Notes: generated by a model not told the origin, from the sequence alone. A stretch of DNA of 64,000 nucleotides from Turneriella sp. (GCA_965279515.1 CBDIID010000003.1:4288001-4352000); one strand, 5' to 3'. Shown: positions 29,491 to 39,351, numbered from the stretch's first letter. Translations and numbers: made by a program.

Positions 29491-31821
29491 ATGCCACAAC
29501 CAACGGCCCTCAGGGGAGACTGGAGCTTCGAGGGCTTTCTGTTCGATATCTATAATGTCGGTAACCAGATCTATATCTGGGCGATCGATGATGAGAAGCG
29601 GCTGTTTTTAGCCGTTGACGAGTATTTTCCCGTGATCTATGCGCACGGGAATGCCAATGTCCTCTATACGCTTTCCGAGCATATGCAAAAGACCGGTGCA
29701 GTCACCGGAGTGCCGCGGTTTGAGAAGAAGATTCTTTTCTATCCCAACCGCATCGTCGATGCCCTGCGTCTCGAGATCGCGCATCCGTCGCTTTTGCCCA
29801 ATATCCGCCGCAAGCTGTTCACGCTCTACCACAAGTTTGATATCTATCACTCCGATCTCGATCCGGTTACGGGTTATATGTCTGACCGCGAGCTCTATCC
29901 CCTGGCGCCGTTACGCATACAGACAAGAATTGTGGGGCCTGCTAACCGTGTTGTGCGCATCGAAGCCACGCAGCGCTCGACCGATTTTGAGTATCGTTTT
30001 CCCGATCTGCGTATTTTGCAGATGGCTTTGAAACACAGCCACCGGTTAGGCATTGGGGCACATAATCCACTATTGCTCGAAATTGCCGGCCGTAAATACA
30101 CGATCGCCGAACAAAACCACGAAGACTATATCCATAAGATCAACCAGATTATGCGCGATGAAAACCCCGATTGCATTCTGTCTTCGTTCGGTGACCAGAT
30201 TATTTTTCCATTCTTGTTTGCCGCGGCGCAGGAATCAGGATTAAAACTCGAGCTCGACCGCGATCTGACATCTTCCATTACCCGCAGTATTAAAAGAAAG
30301 GGGGCGAGCTTCAATACCTATGGCAGCTGGATCTTCCGCGCCGCTTCGTATCCGCTCTATGGCCGCTGGCATATCGATCAGCAGAACTCCTTCACCTTCA
30401 AACATACCGACCTGCATGGCACGATTGAGCTTGCGCGCATCAGCCGCATGCATGTACAGCGCGTCGCGCGCGCGTCGACGGGTAATGCGCTCACCGAAAT
30501 GGAAGCCGATGTCGCGATCCGTAAGGGGTACCTCGTGCCTTGGCAAAAAAGTGCGCTTGAGAACCGCAAGACCTGGTATGAGCTGCAGCTTTTCGACAAG
30601 GGGGGGCTGGTCTATCAACCCGATATCGATAAAGGCATTGTGCGCCACAACGTCGCGCAGCTCGATTTTTCCCAGATGTACCCGAGCATCATGCATATCC
30701 ACAATATCTCCCCTGAGACGGTGAATTGCCCCTGCTGCGCAGCTGAGCAGGATATCCCCCGAGTTCCCGAGATCGGTTACCATATCTGCACCAAACGCCG
30801 GGGCGTGGTTTCTGACGCGCTGGAGCATATACTTGCGCGGCGGAAATATTATAAAGAACAGCTTACCCGAAAAGACATGAATACAGAACAGCGGAAGATT
30901 TATGAGCAGCGCGTCGACAGCCTGAAATGGATGAATGTCGTCAGCTTCGGCTACCTGGGATTTCGCAACGCGAAATTCGGAAAACTCGAAAGCCATGAGA
31001 GTGTGACGGCTTTCGGGCGCGATAAACTTCTGACAGCAGTGCAGCTGGCAGAAGAGCAGGGCTTTGAACTCGTCCATGCAATCACCGACTGTATCTTTAT
31101 TCAGAAAAAAGACGAAACTGCGTTTATTGAAGGCGAGCTTGAGAAACTCTGCGCCGACATTCTGCGGGAGACCCGGGTCGAGATGAGCTGCGAGGGCATC
31201 TATTCCTGGGCATTGTTTTTACCTTCGCGCAACGATGATAAACTTCCCGTAGCGAACCGTTATCTGGGGCGCTTTACGACGGGCAAACTCAAGATGCGTG
31301 GCGTGGTCGTGCGCCGCAAAGATACTCCCGGGTATATCGGCCGGTTCCAGCGGGACATTATTGCCTTACTGCAGACCTGTGTGAATGCCCGCGCTGTCGC
31401 GGGCCTCTATGAAACGGCACATACGATTTATCAGAACCGGCTCGAGGCACTCGAAGCCGGAAACGTACCCTGGTCAGAGCTTTTACTGCGCCGCACGGTC
31501 AGCCATGAACTCGAGGAATACAGCGTCATGAACGGCACATCGCTCAGCATGCGTGAACTGAAAGAACTGGGGCTCACTGTATCACCGGGAGAGAAGGTGA
31601 GGTATATCGTCGTTGAACAGAAACACTACTCTCAAAGGGGGCGTTATATGTCCGAAGAAAAAGCGGCAATGCTGGGGCGTGATTACCTGCCCTATGACAA
31701 AAAGTTTTACGCAAAGCAGCTCTACGAGGCCTTTGCCGAAATTTTTGATCCCTTTATCTCTGCCAAAATTGAATCTCCTGCCGGGCAGATGCAGCCCGAG
31801 ATGTTCCGGCGGCCTGCCTGA
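29491..31821 (+). CDS. Family B DNA polymerase, PolB2-like
   Basis: DKGG.VYQP, motif A DFSQMYPSIM, CPCC..HIC insert, motif B KWMNVVSFGYLG, motif C HAITDC, RG...RRKDTP, PGEKVRY. Confidence 0.9.
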   Translation: MPQPTALRGDWSFEGFLFDIYNVGNQIYIWAIDDEKRLFLAVDEYFPVIYAHGNANVLYTLSEHMQKTGAVTGVPRFEKKILFYPNRIVDALRLEIAHPSLLPNIRRKLFTLYHKFDIYHSDLDPVTGYMSDRELYPLAPLRIQTRIVGPANRVVRIEATQRSTDFEYRFPDLRILQMALKHSHRLGIGAHNPLLLEIAGRKYTIAEQNHEDYIHKINQIMRDENPDCILSSFGDQIIFPFLFAAAQESGLKLELDRDLTSSITRSIKRKGASFNTYGSWIFRAASYPLYGRWHIDQQNSFTFKHTDLHGTIELARISRMHVQRVARASTGNALTEMEADVAIRKGYLVPWQKSALENRKTWYELQLFDKGGLVYQPDIDKGIVRHNVAQLDFSQMYPSIMHIHNISPETVNCPCCAAEQDIPRVPEIGYHICTKRRGVVSDALEHILARRKYYKEQLTRKDMNTEQRKIYEQRVDSLKWMNVVSFGYLGFRNAKFGKLESHESVTAFGRDKLLTAVQLAEEQGFELVHAITDCIFIQKKDETAFIEGELEKLCADILRETRVEMSCEGIYSWALFLPSRNDDKLPVANRYLGRFTTGKLKMRGVVVRRKDTPGYIGRFQRDIIALLQTCVNARAVAGLYETAHTIYQNRLEALEAGNVPWSELLLRRTVSHELEEYSVMNGTSLSMRELKELGLTVSPGEKVRYIVVEQKHYSQRGRYMSEEKAAMLGRDYLPYDKKFYAKQLYEAFAEIFDPFISAKIESPAGQMQPEMFRRPA

Positions 31822-31893
31822 GTTCCGCTTTGGCAGGATTTCTGTCTATTCAGAATATCTGTCGTTTCAACTTGCTACCTTCAGGACTATTTT

Positions 31894-33159
31894 TTGCTGA
31901 AATCTCTTCTCGAAACCATGCCGGCCCCGGTTCTTTTCACCACTGCCTTGTTTTTCATGGTTTCCTGCCAACCCAATGTATTGCAGAAAAATCTCGCCCG
32001 TGTCGACCAGGTGCTCGATCAATATGTGCAGTCGGGGCGCGTCGCCGGTGCCGTGGCGCTGGTGTTGCGCGACGGCAAACTATTTTATGAACGAGCTACC
32101 GGCTGGAGTGACCGCGAGGCCGCCCAACCGATGCGCATGGACAGTATTTTCCGCATCGCGTCGATGACGAAAGCGATGACGAGCGTGGCGGCGCTCATGC
32201 TTGTCGAAGAGAAAAAACTCGCGCCGCATGAGAAAGTCGGAAAGTATATCCCCGAGTTTGAAAAACAGCAGGTGCTCGCGAAAGACCTTCTCACGGGTGT
32301 TGTGAGCCTGCAACCCGCCACGACTGAGATGACCATACACCATTTGCTGACGCACACTTCCGGATTGTCGTATGGCGCCGAGCCTGAGCTCGCCGAAATT
32401 TTCCGCAGTGTGGGCTTAGGCCCCGCACTGGGCGCCAACTGGAATCTCTCAGCCCTTAAAGAATCAATCTGTGAGACCGTGGCAACGCTGGCAAAGTTGC
32501 CCTTAGCCGGACAACCCGGCGGCCCCTGGCTCTACGGTTACAGCACAGATGTCCTGGGTTGCGTCGTTGAGCAGGCGTCAAAAATGACGCTGGAGCAATT
32601 TTTCAAAAAGCGGCTCACCGAACCTCTCGGTATGAAGGATACGCATTTTTTTATGCCCGCCGCCGATATTCCGCGGCTCACGGCGCTCTATGGTACGGGA
32701 AAAAACGGTCTTGCCGAGCGCTCCGGCGGGAGTAAAACTTATCCCTATGTCGAAGGGCATCGCAAAAGTTTTTCGGGTGGGGCTGGTTTAGTTTCGACCG
32801 CCGGTGATTATGCGAAGTTTCTTGAAATGATCCGGCGCGGCGGCGAATATAACGGCAAGCGCCTGCTCAAGGCCGAAACGGCGAAGCTCATGACTTATTC
32901 GCAGGGCGGGGAAAATTCTCCCACGCCCTCTGGTTTCACTTACGGTTTCGAAATTTCCGCGCATCCGGGAGTTACCGGGCCCGAAGCGGTGGCGTCGTAT
33001 GGCTGGACAGGTGCGTACGGAACTTTTTATCGCGTCGATCCGCGCCAGAAACTGGTTATTATCCTCATGACACAGCTGGCACCCAACGGTACTGACATCC
33101 GCGACCGGTTTTGGCAGGCGCTTTACGATGCGCTGGCCGATGCCAAAGCTCTCTATTAG
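31894..33159 (+). CDS. Serine hydrolase (beta-lactamase class C-like), probable lipoprotein
   Basis: FRIASMTK (SxxK), HLLTHTSG, W.Y, GGAGL.ST..DY, GW.G. Confidence 0.9.
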   Translation: MLKSLLETMPAPVLFTTALFFMVSCQPNVLQKNLARVDQVLDQYVQSGRVAGAVALVLRDGKLFYERATGWSDREAAQPMRMDSIFRIASMTKAMTSVAALMLVEEKKLAPHEKVGKYIPEFEKQQVLAKDLLTGVVSLQPATTEMTIHHLLTHTSGLSYGAEPELAEIFRSVGLGPALGANWNLSALKESICETVATLAKLPLAGQPGGPWLYGYSTDVLGCVVEQASKMTLEQFFKKRLTEPLGMKDTHFFMPAADIPRLTALYGTGKNGLAERSGGSKTYPYVEGHRKSFSGGAGLVSTAGDYAKFLEMIRRGGEYNGKRLLKAETAKLMTYSQGGENSPTPSGFTYGFEISAHPGVTGPEAVASYGWTGAYGTFYRVDPRQKLVIILMTQLAPNGTDIRDRFWQALYDALADAKALY

Positions 33160-33161
33160 TT

Positions 33162-34118
33162 TTATTTGCCGCGAAAGCGGTCCGTAGCCTCGATCAGCGC
33201 CGAGCGGATGCCCGGCTCAAACGCGGCATGCCCCGCATCGGCTACCACCACCAGTTTTGCGCGCGGCATTTTTTCCTTCAGGTCAAAGGCATTCTTCACG
33301 GGGCAGACGATGTCATAACGGCCGTGGATGATTTCCGCCGAAAGGTGGGCAATCTTATGCGCGTTGTTCAGGATGTAATTATCCTCGGGATAAAAGCAGT
33401 TGTGCATGAAATAATGGCATTCGATGCGCGCCAGCGAGACGGCGATCTCGGTGAATTCGTGGAATACTTTCGCATCGGGTTTTAAACAGATCGTCGCGCC
33501 CTCCCACTGGCTCCATGCCTTTGCGGCTTCGATGCGCACCTTTTTATCCTTAGAAGTCAGGCGGCGGTAAAAGGCGCCCAGCATATCGTGGCGTTCCGCT
33601 TCGGGAATCACGCTGATATAATTTTTCCAGGCGTCGGGAAAAATCTGGTGCGCGCCGTACTGGTAAAACCACAAAATCTCTTCGTGGCGGCAGAGGAAAA
33701 TGCCGCGTACAATGAGGTGCAGAATCTGCTGCGGGTGGCTGATCGCATAGGTGAGCGCGAGAGTGCTGCCCCACGAGCCGCCGAACACCACCCATTTTGA
33801 GACTTTGAGTTTTTTGCGGATAATTTCGATATCGTCGATGAGATCCCAGAGCGTATTTTCCCTGAGCTCGGCATAGGGTTTGCTTTTACCCGCGCCGCGC
33901 TGGTCGAAGAGAATAATGCGGTATTTTTCCGGATTGAAAAAACGCCGGTGGTTTGCCGAAAGTCCCGCGCCCGGGCCGCCGTGCAGAAACAGGGCGGGGA
34001 TGCCCTTCGGGTTGCCGCACTCTTCGACATAGAGTGTATGCAGTGCTGAGACTTTAACAGAATACGATTTGACCTTTCTGATTTCGGGATAAAGTTCGCG
34101 CAGCGTTTTTTCTTTCAT
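33162..34118 (-). CDS. pip: Proline iminopeptidase
   Basis: LHGGPG, FDQRG.GKS, FGGSWGS, GRYD..CP, AGH. Confidence 0.94.
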   Translation of the reverse strand: MKEKTLRELYPEIRKVKSYSVKVSALHTLYVEECGNPKGIPALFLHGGPGAGLSANHRRFFNPEKYRIILFDQRGAGKSKPYAELRENTLWDLIDDIEIIRKKLKVSKWVVFGGSWGSTLALTYAISHPQQILHLIVRGIFLCRHEEILWFYQYGAHQIFPDAWKNYISVIPEAERHDMLGAFYRRLTSKDKKVRIEAAKAWSQWEGATICLKPDAKVFHEFTEIAVSLARIECHYFMHNCFYPEDNYILNNAHKIAHLSAEIIHGRYDIVCPVKNAFDLKEKMPRAKLVVVADAGHAAFEPGIRSALIEATDRFRGK

Positions 34119-34891
34119 GGGATTTTCCAAATCGCTTCGTAAATACGATCTACCCCGTCGACAAAGAGAGCGGGGCCGGGCTGCAAAATTTCAGCCGAAT
34201 CGATTTCATAGAGACGCTCATTTGCGAGAGCCGCCGTGCCTTGCAGCTCGCTCCGGCTGCGCAGCCAGGCGAAATCCACCGGTTTACCGCACCACGACCC
34301 AATGATGATTTCGGGGTTACCTTTTGCTACGGCCTGAAGGTCGATAATGCGGTCTTTTGCCATCGAGTGGGATTTCCCCTTGAAGATATTATCTCCGCCG
34401 CAGATAGCGATCAGTTCCGAAACCCAGCCTATCGCTGTGATCACAGGTTCATCCCATTCCTGGAAAAATACCCGCGGCTTTTTCCGTTTTCGCGTTTTTG
34501 CCGCGATGGCTGCGAGTTTTTTTTTCCAGCCGAGGATGAGTTTTTGCCCGCGCTCGCGTTTACCGACGATAGTGGCGATGAGCAGCAGGGTATCGGTGAT
34601 TTCGGCCAATGTGCGTTGGTTCGTAATCAAAACGTTTAATCCTGCTTTGATGAGTTTTTGCGCGAGGTCGGCCTGGATGTCAGAGAAACCGATGACCAGG
34701 TCGGGTTTCAGCTTCTGGATTTTCGCGACGTTGCCTGAAATGAAGGCGCTGACTTTGGGTTTCTCTTTCGCCGCGCGTTCGGGCCTGACAGTATAGGCGC
34801 TGATGCCGACGATGCGTTTCTCTTCGCCCAGCAGGTAGAGCCATTCGCAGGTCTCTTCGGTGAGGCAGACGATGCGTTCAGCGTTTGCCAT
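34115..34891 (-). CDS. Cobalamin/iron-complex ABC substrate-binding protein (BtuF-like)
   Basis: RIVCLTEE, PDLV.GFSD.Q, EWDEP, SWCGK, ILQPGP. Confidence 0.85.
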   Translation of the reverse strand: MANAERIVCLTEETCEWLYLLGEEKRIVGISAYTVRPERAAKEKPKVSAFISGNVAKIQKLKPDLVIGFSDIQADLAQKLIKAGLNVLITNQRTLAEITDTLLLIATIVGKRERGQKLILGWKKKLAAIAAKTRKRKKPRVFFQEWDEPVITAIGWVSELIAICGGDNIFKGKSHSMAKDRIIDLQAVAKGNPEIIIGSWCGKPVDFAWLRSRSELQGTAALANERLYEIDSAEILQPGPALFVDGVDRIYEAIWKIP

Positions 34892-34892
34892 A

Positions 34893-36635
34893 TCACGACT
34901 GGCCGTAGAGAATATCGAGGGCGATGAGCCGCGCCTTTTCGAGCCGCTCGATTTCGTCATCGATTTTGAGAATTTCCCGCGCAAATTTTCGGCACGTGTC
35001 GAGCGTCAGGGCCTGCAGCATATTCGTGATGACACCGATACGGTGCGTCGGAACGACAAAGTCGCTGAAACCAAAATAACGGAACCAGGCAATCGCCCAC
35101 GGCTCTCCGGCCACTTCACCGCAGATCGTCACGGGCTTTTTGGCAGAGAGCGATTTCAGGACGCGGCAAATGGCCGCAGAGCCGTCACCCAGGAGGGTGC
35201 GGTGCAAAACTTCGTTGTGCTCGCGTTTATCCATGGCGAGTGCACTTAAAAGGTCTGAAGTACCGGCATAAAAAAAATCCACGCGGGTGAGCCAGCGTTC
35301 TGCGGCAAAGACGGCCGCAGGGCTCTCGAGCATGGCGCCGATTTCAATGGCCACCTTTTTCTTACCGGAGTTTATCCCCCTGACGATATCGAGCACCGCG
35401 TTCAGTTCATGGCTTTCCGAAAGGTAGGGAATCAGCAACCGCAGTGGCCGTCTTGTCTCTTGCGCTGCTTTGACAAGGGCCGCTATCTGGCTTTCGAGAA
35501 TTTTTTTCTCGTGCAGCAGAAAACGGATACCTCTCAGGTCCCGGTCGCTTTCGATGAGGGGGCTCTTGAGAAAATTCTTATCTTCGGAGAAGTCGAAGAG
35601 CCTGAACGTGATTTCGGTACCGGCATGTTGGGTCAGCAGTTCTTCGTATTGCCGACCCAGCTGCCGCGTCGAAGGCAACTCGCCCGCTTCGCTTACCTGG
35701 TATTCGGTACGGTAGAGACCGATGCGCTGCTTTGCCTGTTTCTTGTCGTTACCGCTCTGAAGCTCGGAGAGGAAATGCAGGGTACCCGAAAGCTGAATCT
35801 TCTCGCCGGATTTCATCCGCACGGTATCTGACCAGCGTGGTGACGCACTCTCGGTATGCGTTTCGGTGAAACGCGCCGCCCTGCGCGGGTTGAGAACAAT
35901 GTAGCCGATGTCGGCGTCGATGAGTACGGGCAGCGATTTCCGCATACGAAAAAAGCGCGTATCGCTGACCGAGACGCAGGGAATCTGCATTGCGCGCAAC
36001 ATCACCAGTTCGTGTGCGGTGTCGCTGGTTTCGCCGATGACAATACCGCGCACCCCCGCGCGCTTTAAGGCCAGAACTTCGCTGACAGTGAGTTTAGGCG
36101 CGGCGATAATGGAAACACCTTCGGGCAGGGTCAGGTCTTGCTGCAGCCCGAGAAAATAGAGAATACGCCGCTTCATATCGCTCATGTCTTTGATGAAGTG
36201 CCGGTTCTGGCTGCCGTCGAATTTTTGTCCCGAAGGCTCGAAGGCAAATTGCCGCGAAACCATGCCAATGACTGCGCCCAGGGCCGCGGCGCCCGTTGCA
36301 CCGGTCTCGAAAATCCGGTTCTTGATTTCACCCAGAAAGTAGGGGTCTTCAAGGGTCATGATATGGGACTCGAGCACATTGATGGCATCGTCAATGGCAT
36401 GTATTTCGCCGGGATTTTTGCTGCGCCGGTCGAGCATCATCTTCTTTTCGGCGGCGAGTTGCAGCTGCGCCGACCTGAGCGCACTCTTAAAGTGGCGGAA
36501 CTCCGCGCGCGGGTTTGCGGCCGGCTTTTCAACCGCAGAAAAGCGTTCACGGCGGAACTCCGCCATGATGCCCCGCACCCGGCCGGGATAGATTGCTTTT
36601 GCCCTGAGATGGCGCATATCGCGGTCTGCCGGCAT
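34893..36635 (-). CDS. Divergent PTS enzyme I-like protein (PEP-protein phosphotransferase family)
   Basis: ESH...LEDP, T.H phospho-His site, IGLYRTE, RGIR, GAMLE.P, GTSDL, ICGE. Confidence 0.8.
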   Translation of the reverse strand: MPADRDMRHLRAKAIYPGRVRGIMAEFRRERFSAVEKPAANPRAEFRHFKSALRSAQLQLAAEKKMMLDRRSKNPGEIHAIDDAINVLESHIMTLEDPYFLGEIKNRIFETGATGAAALGAVIGMVSRQFAFEPSGQKFDGSQNRHFIKDMSDMKRRILYFLGLQQDLTLPEGVSIIAAPKLTVSEVLALKRAGVRGIVIGETSDTAHELVMLRAMQIPCVSVSDTRFFRMRKSLPVLIDADIGYIVLNPRRAARFTETHTESASPRWSDTVRMKSGEKIQLSGTLHFLSELQSGNDKKQAKQRIGLYRTEYQVSEAGELPSTRQLGRQYEELLTQHAGTEITFRLFDFSEDKNFLKSPLIESDRDLRGIRFLLHEKKILESQIAALVKAAQETRRPLRLLIPYLSESHELNAVLDIVRGINSGKKKVAIEIGAMLESPAAVFAAERWLTRVDFFYAGTSDLLSALAMDKREHNEVLHRTLLGDGSAAICRVLKSLSAKKPVTICGEVAGEPWAIAWFRYFGFSDFVVPTHRIGVITNMLQALTLDTCRKFAREILKIDDEIERLEKARLIALDILYGQS

Positions 36636-36734
36636 TCGTGTAATTCGAACTCGGCGCTACAAGAATTAACAATAAAGCCGTCGCGCAGCCAAAAAGCACT
36701 CATAGAAGAGACATATTCCGGCCGATATTCAACC

Positions 36735-37745
36735 ATGTCCCGGGCATTCCGCCTCATTATTGCCTGCGCCGCCGTCACCTCGCTGGGGGCGGCCTCATGG
36801 CGCAACAACAAGGTCGACCAGCACGGCAATGCGACCGAAAACTTCAGTTCCAGCGGCCTGAAACTCTATTTGAATTCCCACAAGCTGCGCTTTGCAAAAA
36901 ACGAAGAGGTCGTCTTCAACGTTTCCCTGGTCAATGAAGGGGCTTACCCGATCACGATCTACCTGCACGAAAATCCGCTGCGCAATTTTACGATTATCGC
37001 CCGCGACCACGAGGGCCGGTCCCTCAATGTAAAAGAAGAGATGTATTACCGGGGGACATCCGACTGGCGCGACCCGCACCACACAAAGTATACCGGTGAA
37101 ACCTACCCGATGCGTAAGATGATCATCCATGCGGGTGAAAAGTACGAGAAACGCATTAAACTCGCGGACTATGTCGACTGGGAGGATTTCTCCCCGAAGC
37201 TGAAGAATCTCGACATTACCGCGCATTTTTACCCCAACCCCCTGCAGGCAGAGCGCTACTTTTTGCCTTCGGCATCGTCGCTGCAGCTGATCTATGACCG
37301 TAGCCGCGAGGTCCTGAAAGAAAAGGATAACCTGATGGATGCAGCGACCGATACGCTGCATATCAGCGCGCGCGAGATCGTCTACCTGATGCTGTCAGCC
37401 GAATACACGAAAAACTGGTCGCAGTACTTTAAATACGTTTCTTTAAAGGATATCATCCGCGACTACCCGGAGTTCTCACGCCTGTACGCGAACGAAGCCG
37501 GGGAAGACCAGATGAGCGCGCTGGCGGAGTTCAGAAAATACCTGAGCGGCCGCGGTTCGCATAAGCTCATTAAATTCCGCGTGCTGGCCGGCGAAAGCCG
37601 CGAGGGCGGTGATACCGCGCAGGTGCGCGTGCGGGCGCGCCGCGACGTCGAGGGTTTTGAGCGCGATTACCTGACGACATATTATTTGACGAAGCGGGAT
37701 ACCCTGTGGCAGATTACCGGTATCGAATCGAGGTTGGCAGATTGA
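36735..37745 (+). CDS. Exported hypothetical protein
   Basis: Signal peptide from MSRAF; lies directly upstream of fliM. Confidence 0.7.
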   Translation: MSRAFRLIIACAAVTSLGAASWRNNKVDQHGNATENFSSSGLKLYLNSHKLRFAKNEEVVFNVSLVNEGAYPITIYLHENPLRNFTIIARDHEGRSLNVKEEMYYRGTSDWRDPHHTKYTGETYPMRKMIIHAGEKYEKRIKLADYVDWEDFSPKLKNLDITAHFYPNPLQAERYFLPSASSLQLIYDRSREVLKEKDNLMDAATDTLHISAREIVYLMLSAEYTKNWSQYFKYVSLKDIIRDYPEFSRLYANEAGEDQMSALAEFRKYLSGRGSHKLIKFRVLAGESREGGDTAQVRVRARRDVEGFERDYLTTYYLTKRDTLWQITGIESRLAD

Positions 37746-37787
37746 TTCTTCTGCAGGGCAAAATGACGGCGTTTGTAAGGAAAACAC

Positions 37788-38816
37788 ATGACTGATATTC
37801 TCTCGCAAGACGAAATAGACCAGTTACTCTCGGCGATCTCGTCCGGTGACGCGCAGCAAGAAGATTTTTCTGCGACACAGGCCGAACAAAAGAAAGTCAA
37901 GATCTACGACTTTAAACGTCCGGATAAGTTCAGTAAGGACCAGATCCGTACGGTCCAGATGATGCATGAAACCTTTGCGCGTCTGACGACAACTGCGCTC
38001 TCGGCAAAATTGCGTGCGATGGTTTCGGTGCACGTTCAGTCGGTGGATCAGCTGACTTATGAAGAATTCATCCGTTCGATCCCGAACCCAACGACCCTGT
38101 CACTCATCAACATGGACCCGTTAAAGGGGTCGGCGATTCTTGAGGTCGACCCTTCGATCACGTTCACGATCATCGACCGCCTCTTCGGTGGTGCCGGCGA
38201 GCATGCAAAGCTGACCCGCGAACTCACCGATATCGAGATGTCAGTCGTCGAAGGTATCATCGTTCATATTCTGGGTAACCTGCGTGAAGCCTGGTCGACG
38301 GTTATCGACCTGCGCCCACGCCTCGGCACCATTGAGACAAACCCGCAGTTCGCGCAGATCGTTCCACCGAACGAGATGGTGATGCTGATTACGCTCGAGA
38401 CGAAGATTGGTGAATCAGAAGGGATGATGAATCTTTGTATTCCCTATATTACGATCGAGCCGATCATTCAGAAACTTTCGGCGCAGTATTGGTTCTCGTC
38501 GATCCGCCGCGGCGAAAGCGACGTCAACCGCACAATGATCCAAAGCCGGCTTGATAATGTTCAGGTGCAGATTTCTGTTGAAATTGGTACGGTGAACCTC
38601 GGCTTCAAGGATATCATGAACCTGAAGGTCGGCAATATCATCAAGATGCCGAAGACGACGGTGCGTGAAGAATTTACCTTTAAAGTCGAAGAGCGCGCGA
38701 AATTCAAATGCCGTCCGGGCCGAATCGGTTCGCGTCTCGCGGTGCAGATCGGCGAAGCGGTAGTCGATACGCCGGACGAACTCTTGATCGGTACACGCAG
38801 CGAAGAAGAAGGATAA
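37788..38816 (+). CDS. fliM: Flagellar motor switch protein FliM
   Basis: LSQDEIDQLL, YDFKRPDKFSK, DRLFGG, ETNPQF. Confidence 0.97.
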   Translation: MTDILSQDEIDQLLSAISSGDAQQEDFSATQAEQKKVKIYDFKRPDKFSKDQIRTVQMMHETFARLTTTALSAKLRAMVSVHVQSVDQLTYEEFIRSIPNPTTLSLINMDPLKGSAILEVDPSITFTIIDRLFGGAGEHAKLTRELTDIEMSVVEGIIVHILGNLREAWSTVIDLRPRLGTIETNPQFAQIVPPNEMVMLITLETKIGESEGMMNLCIPYITIEPIIQKLSAQYWFSSIRRGESDVNRTMIQSRLDNVQVQISVEIGTVNLGFKDIMNLKVGNIIKMPKTTVREEFTFKVEERAKFKCRPGRIGSRLAVQIGEAVVDTPDELLIGTRSEEEG

Positions 38817-38823
38817 TGAAAAT

Positions 38824-38846
38824 TTAAGGGGGCTTCGCCCCCTTAA
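38824..38846. terminator. Hairpin between convergent genes (probable bidirectional terminator or REP-like element)
   Basis: TTAAGGGGGC-TTC-GCCCCCTTAA perfect 10-bp stem. Confidence 0.65.
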
Positions 38847-38856
38847 CAACCCCGTC

Positions 38857-39201
38857 TTACTGTCGGGTTAATTTTTCCTTACCCTTGCCACCAGGTCCCC
38901 AGCGGCCTTTGAGTTCAGAACCATCTGCATTCACTTTGTAAATGACCGGGTCAGGCTGACCCCAGTCAACGGTGAGTTTTTTACCGCTCAGCGTTCCAGA
39001 GCCTGAATACTGGCTTGCCCCGACAGTCCAGTTGAAGGCATAACCTGATGCTTCATCGCCTGAGATGACGCAAGTTCCATTGTAGCCGCTACCGTCCGGG
39101 TTTGTACCTTCCACGGTGTAAGTACCGCCCACACCTTGAGCATAGAGAGTGACGATCGGTGTTAACAGGGCTAAGACCGAAAATAACAATAGTTTTTTCA
39201 T
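38857..39201 (-). CDS. Small exported beta-barrel protein
   Basis: Signal peptide; G.Y.V.GTNPDGS.Y.G and L.GRW motifs; AGGAGG RBS. Confidence 0.8.
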   Translation of the reverse strand: MKKLLLFSVLALLTPIVTLYAQGVGGTYTVEGTNPDGSGYNGTCVISGDEASGYAFNWTVGASQYSGSGTLSGKKLTVDWGQPDPVIYKVNADGSELKGRWGPGGKGKEKLTRQ

Positions 39202-39351
39202 TCAATTTCCTCCTGCCGGATTTTCCGGATGGTGTTAAGAACAGCCTATTTGTACTGTGTCAACCGCTTAGGAGACCGGCCTATGGTGCAAATGACCTAT
39301 GTATTAAAAAGGAGTTTTCATCGTGTTTCAAAATCAGGTTTTCAAAGGAGA

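Noticed and set aside
27394..31821. Prophage or pipolin interpretation of repressor plus PolB
   Set aside because: No integrase, structural or packaging genes; the partner genes and polymerase motifs fit PolB2, not primer-independent or phage PolB.
36138..36734. N-terminal extension of the 535-aa ORF
   Set aside because: Overlaps the enzyme I-like gene on the opposite strand; the signal peptide starts at ATG 36735.
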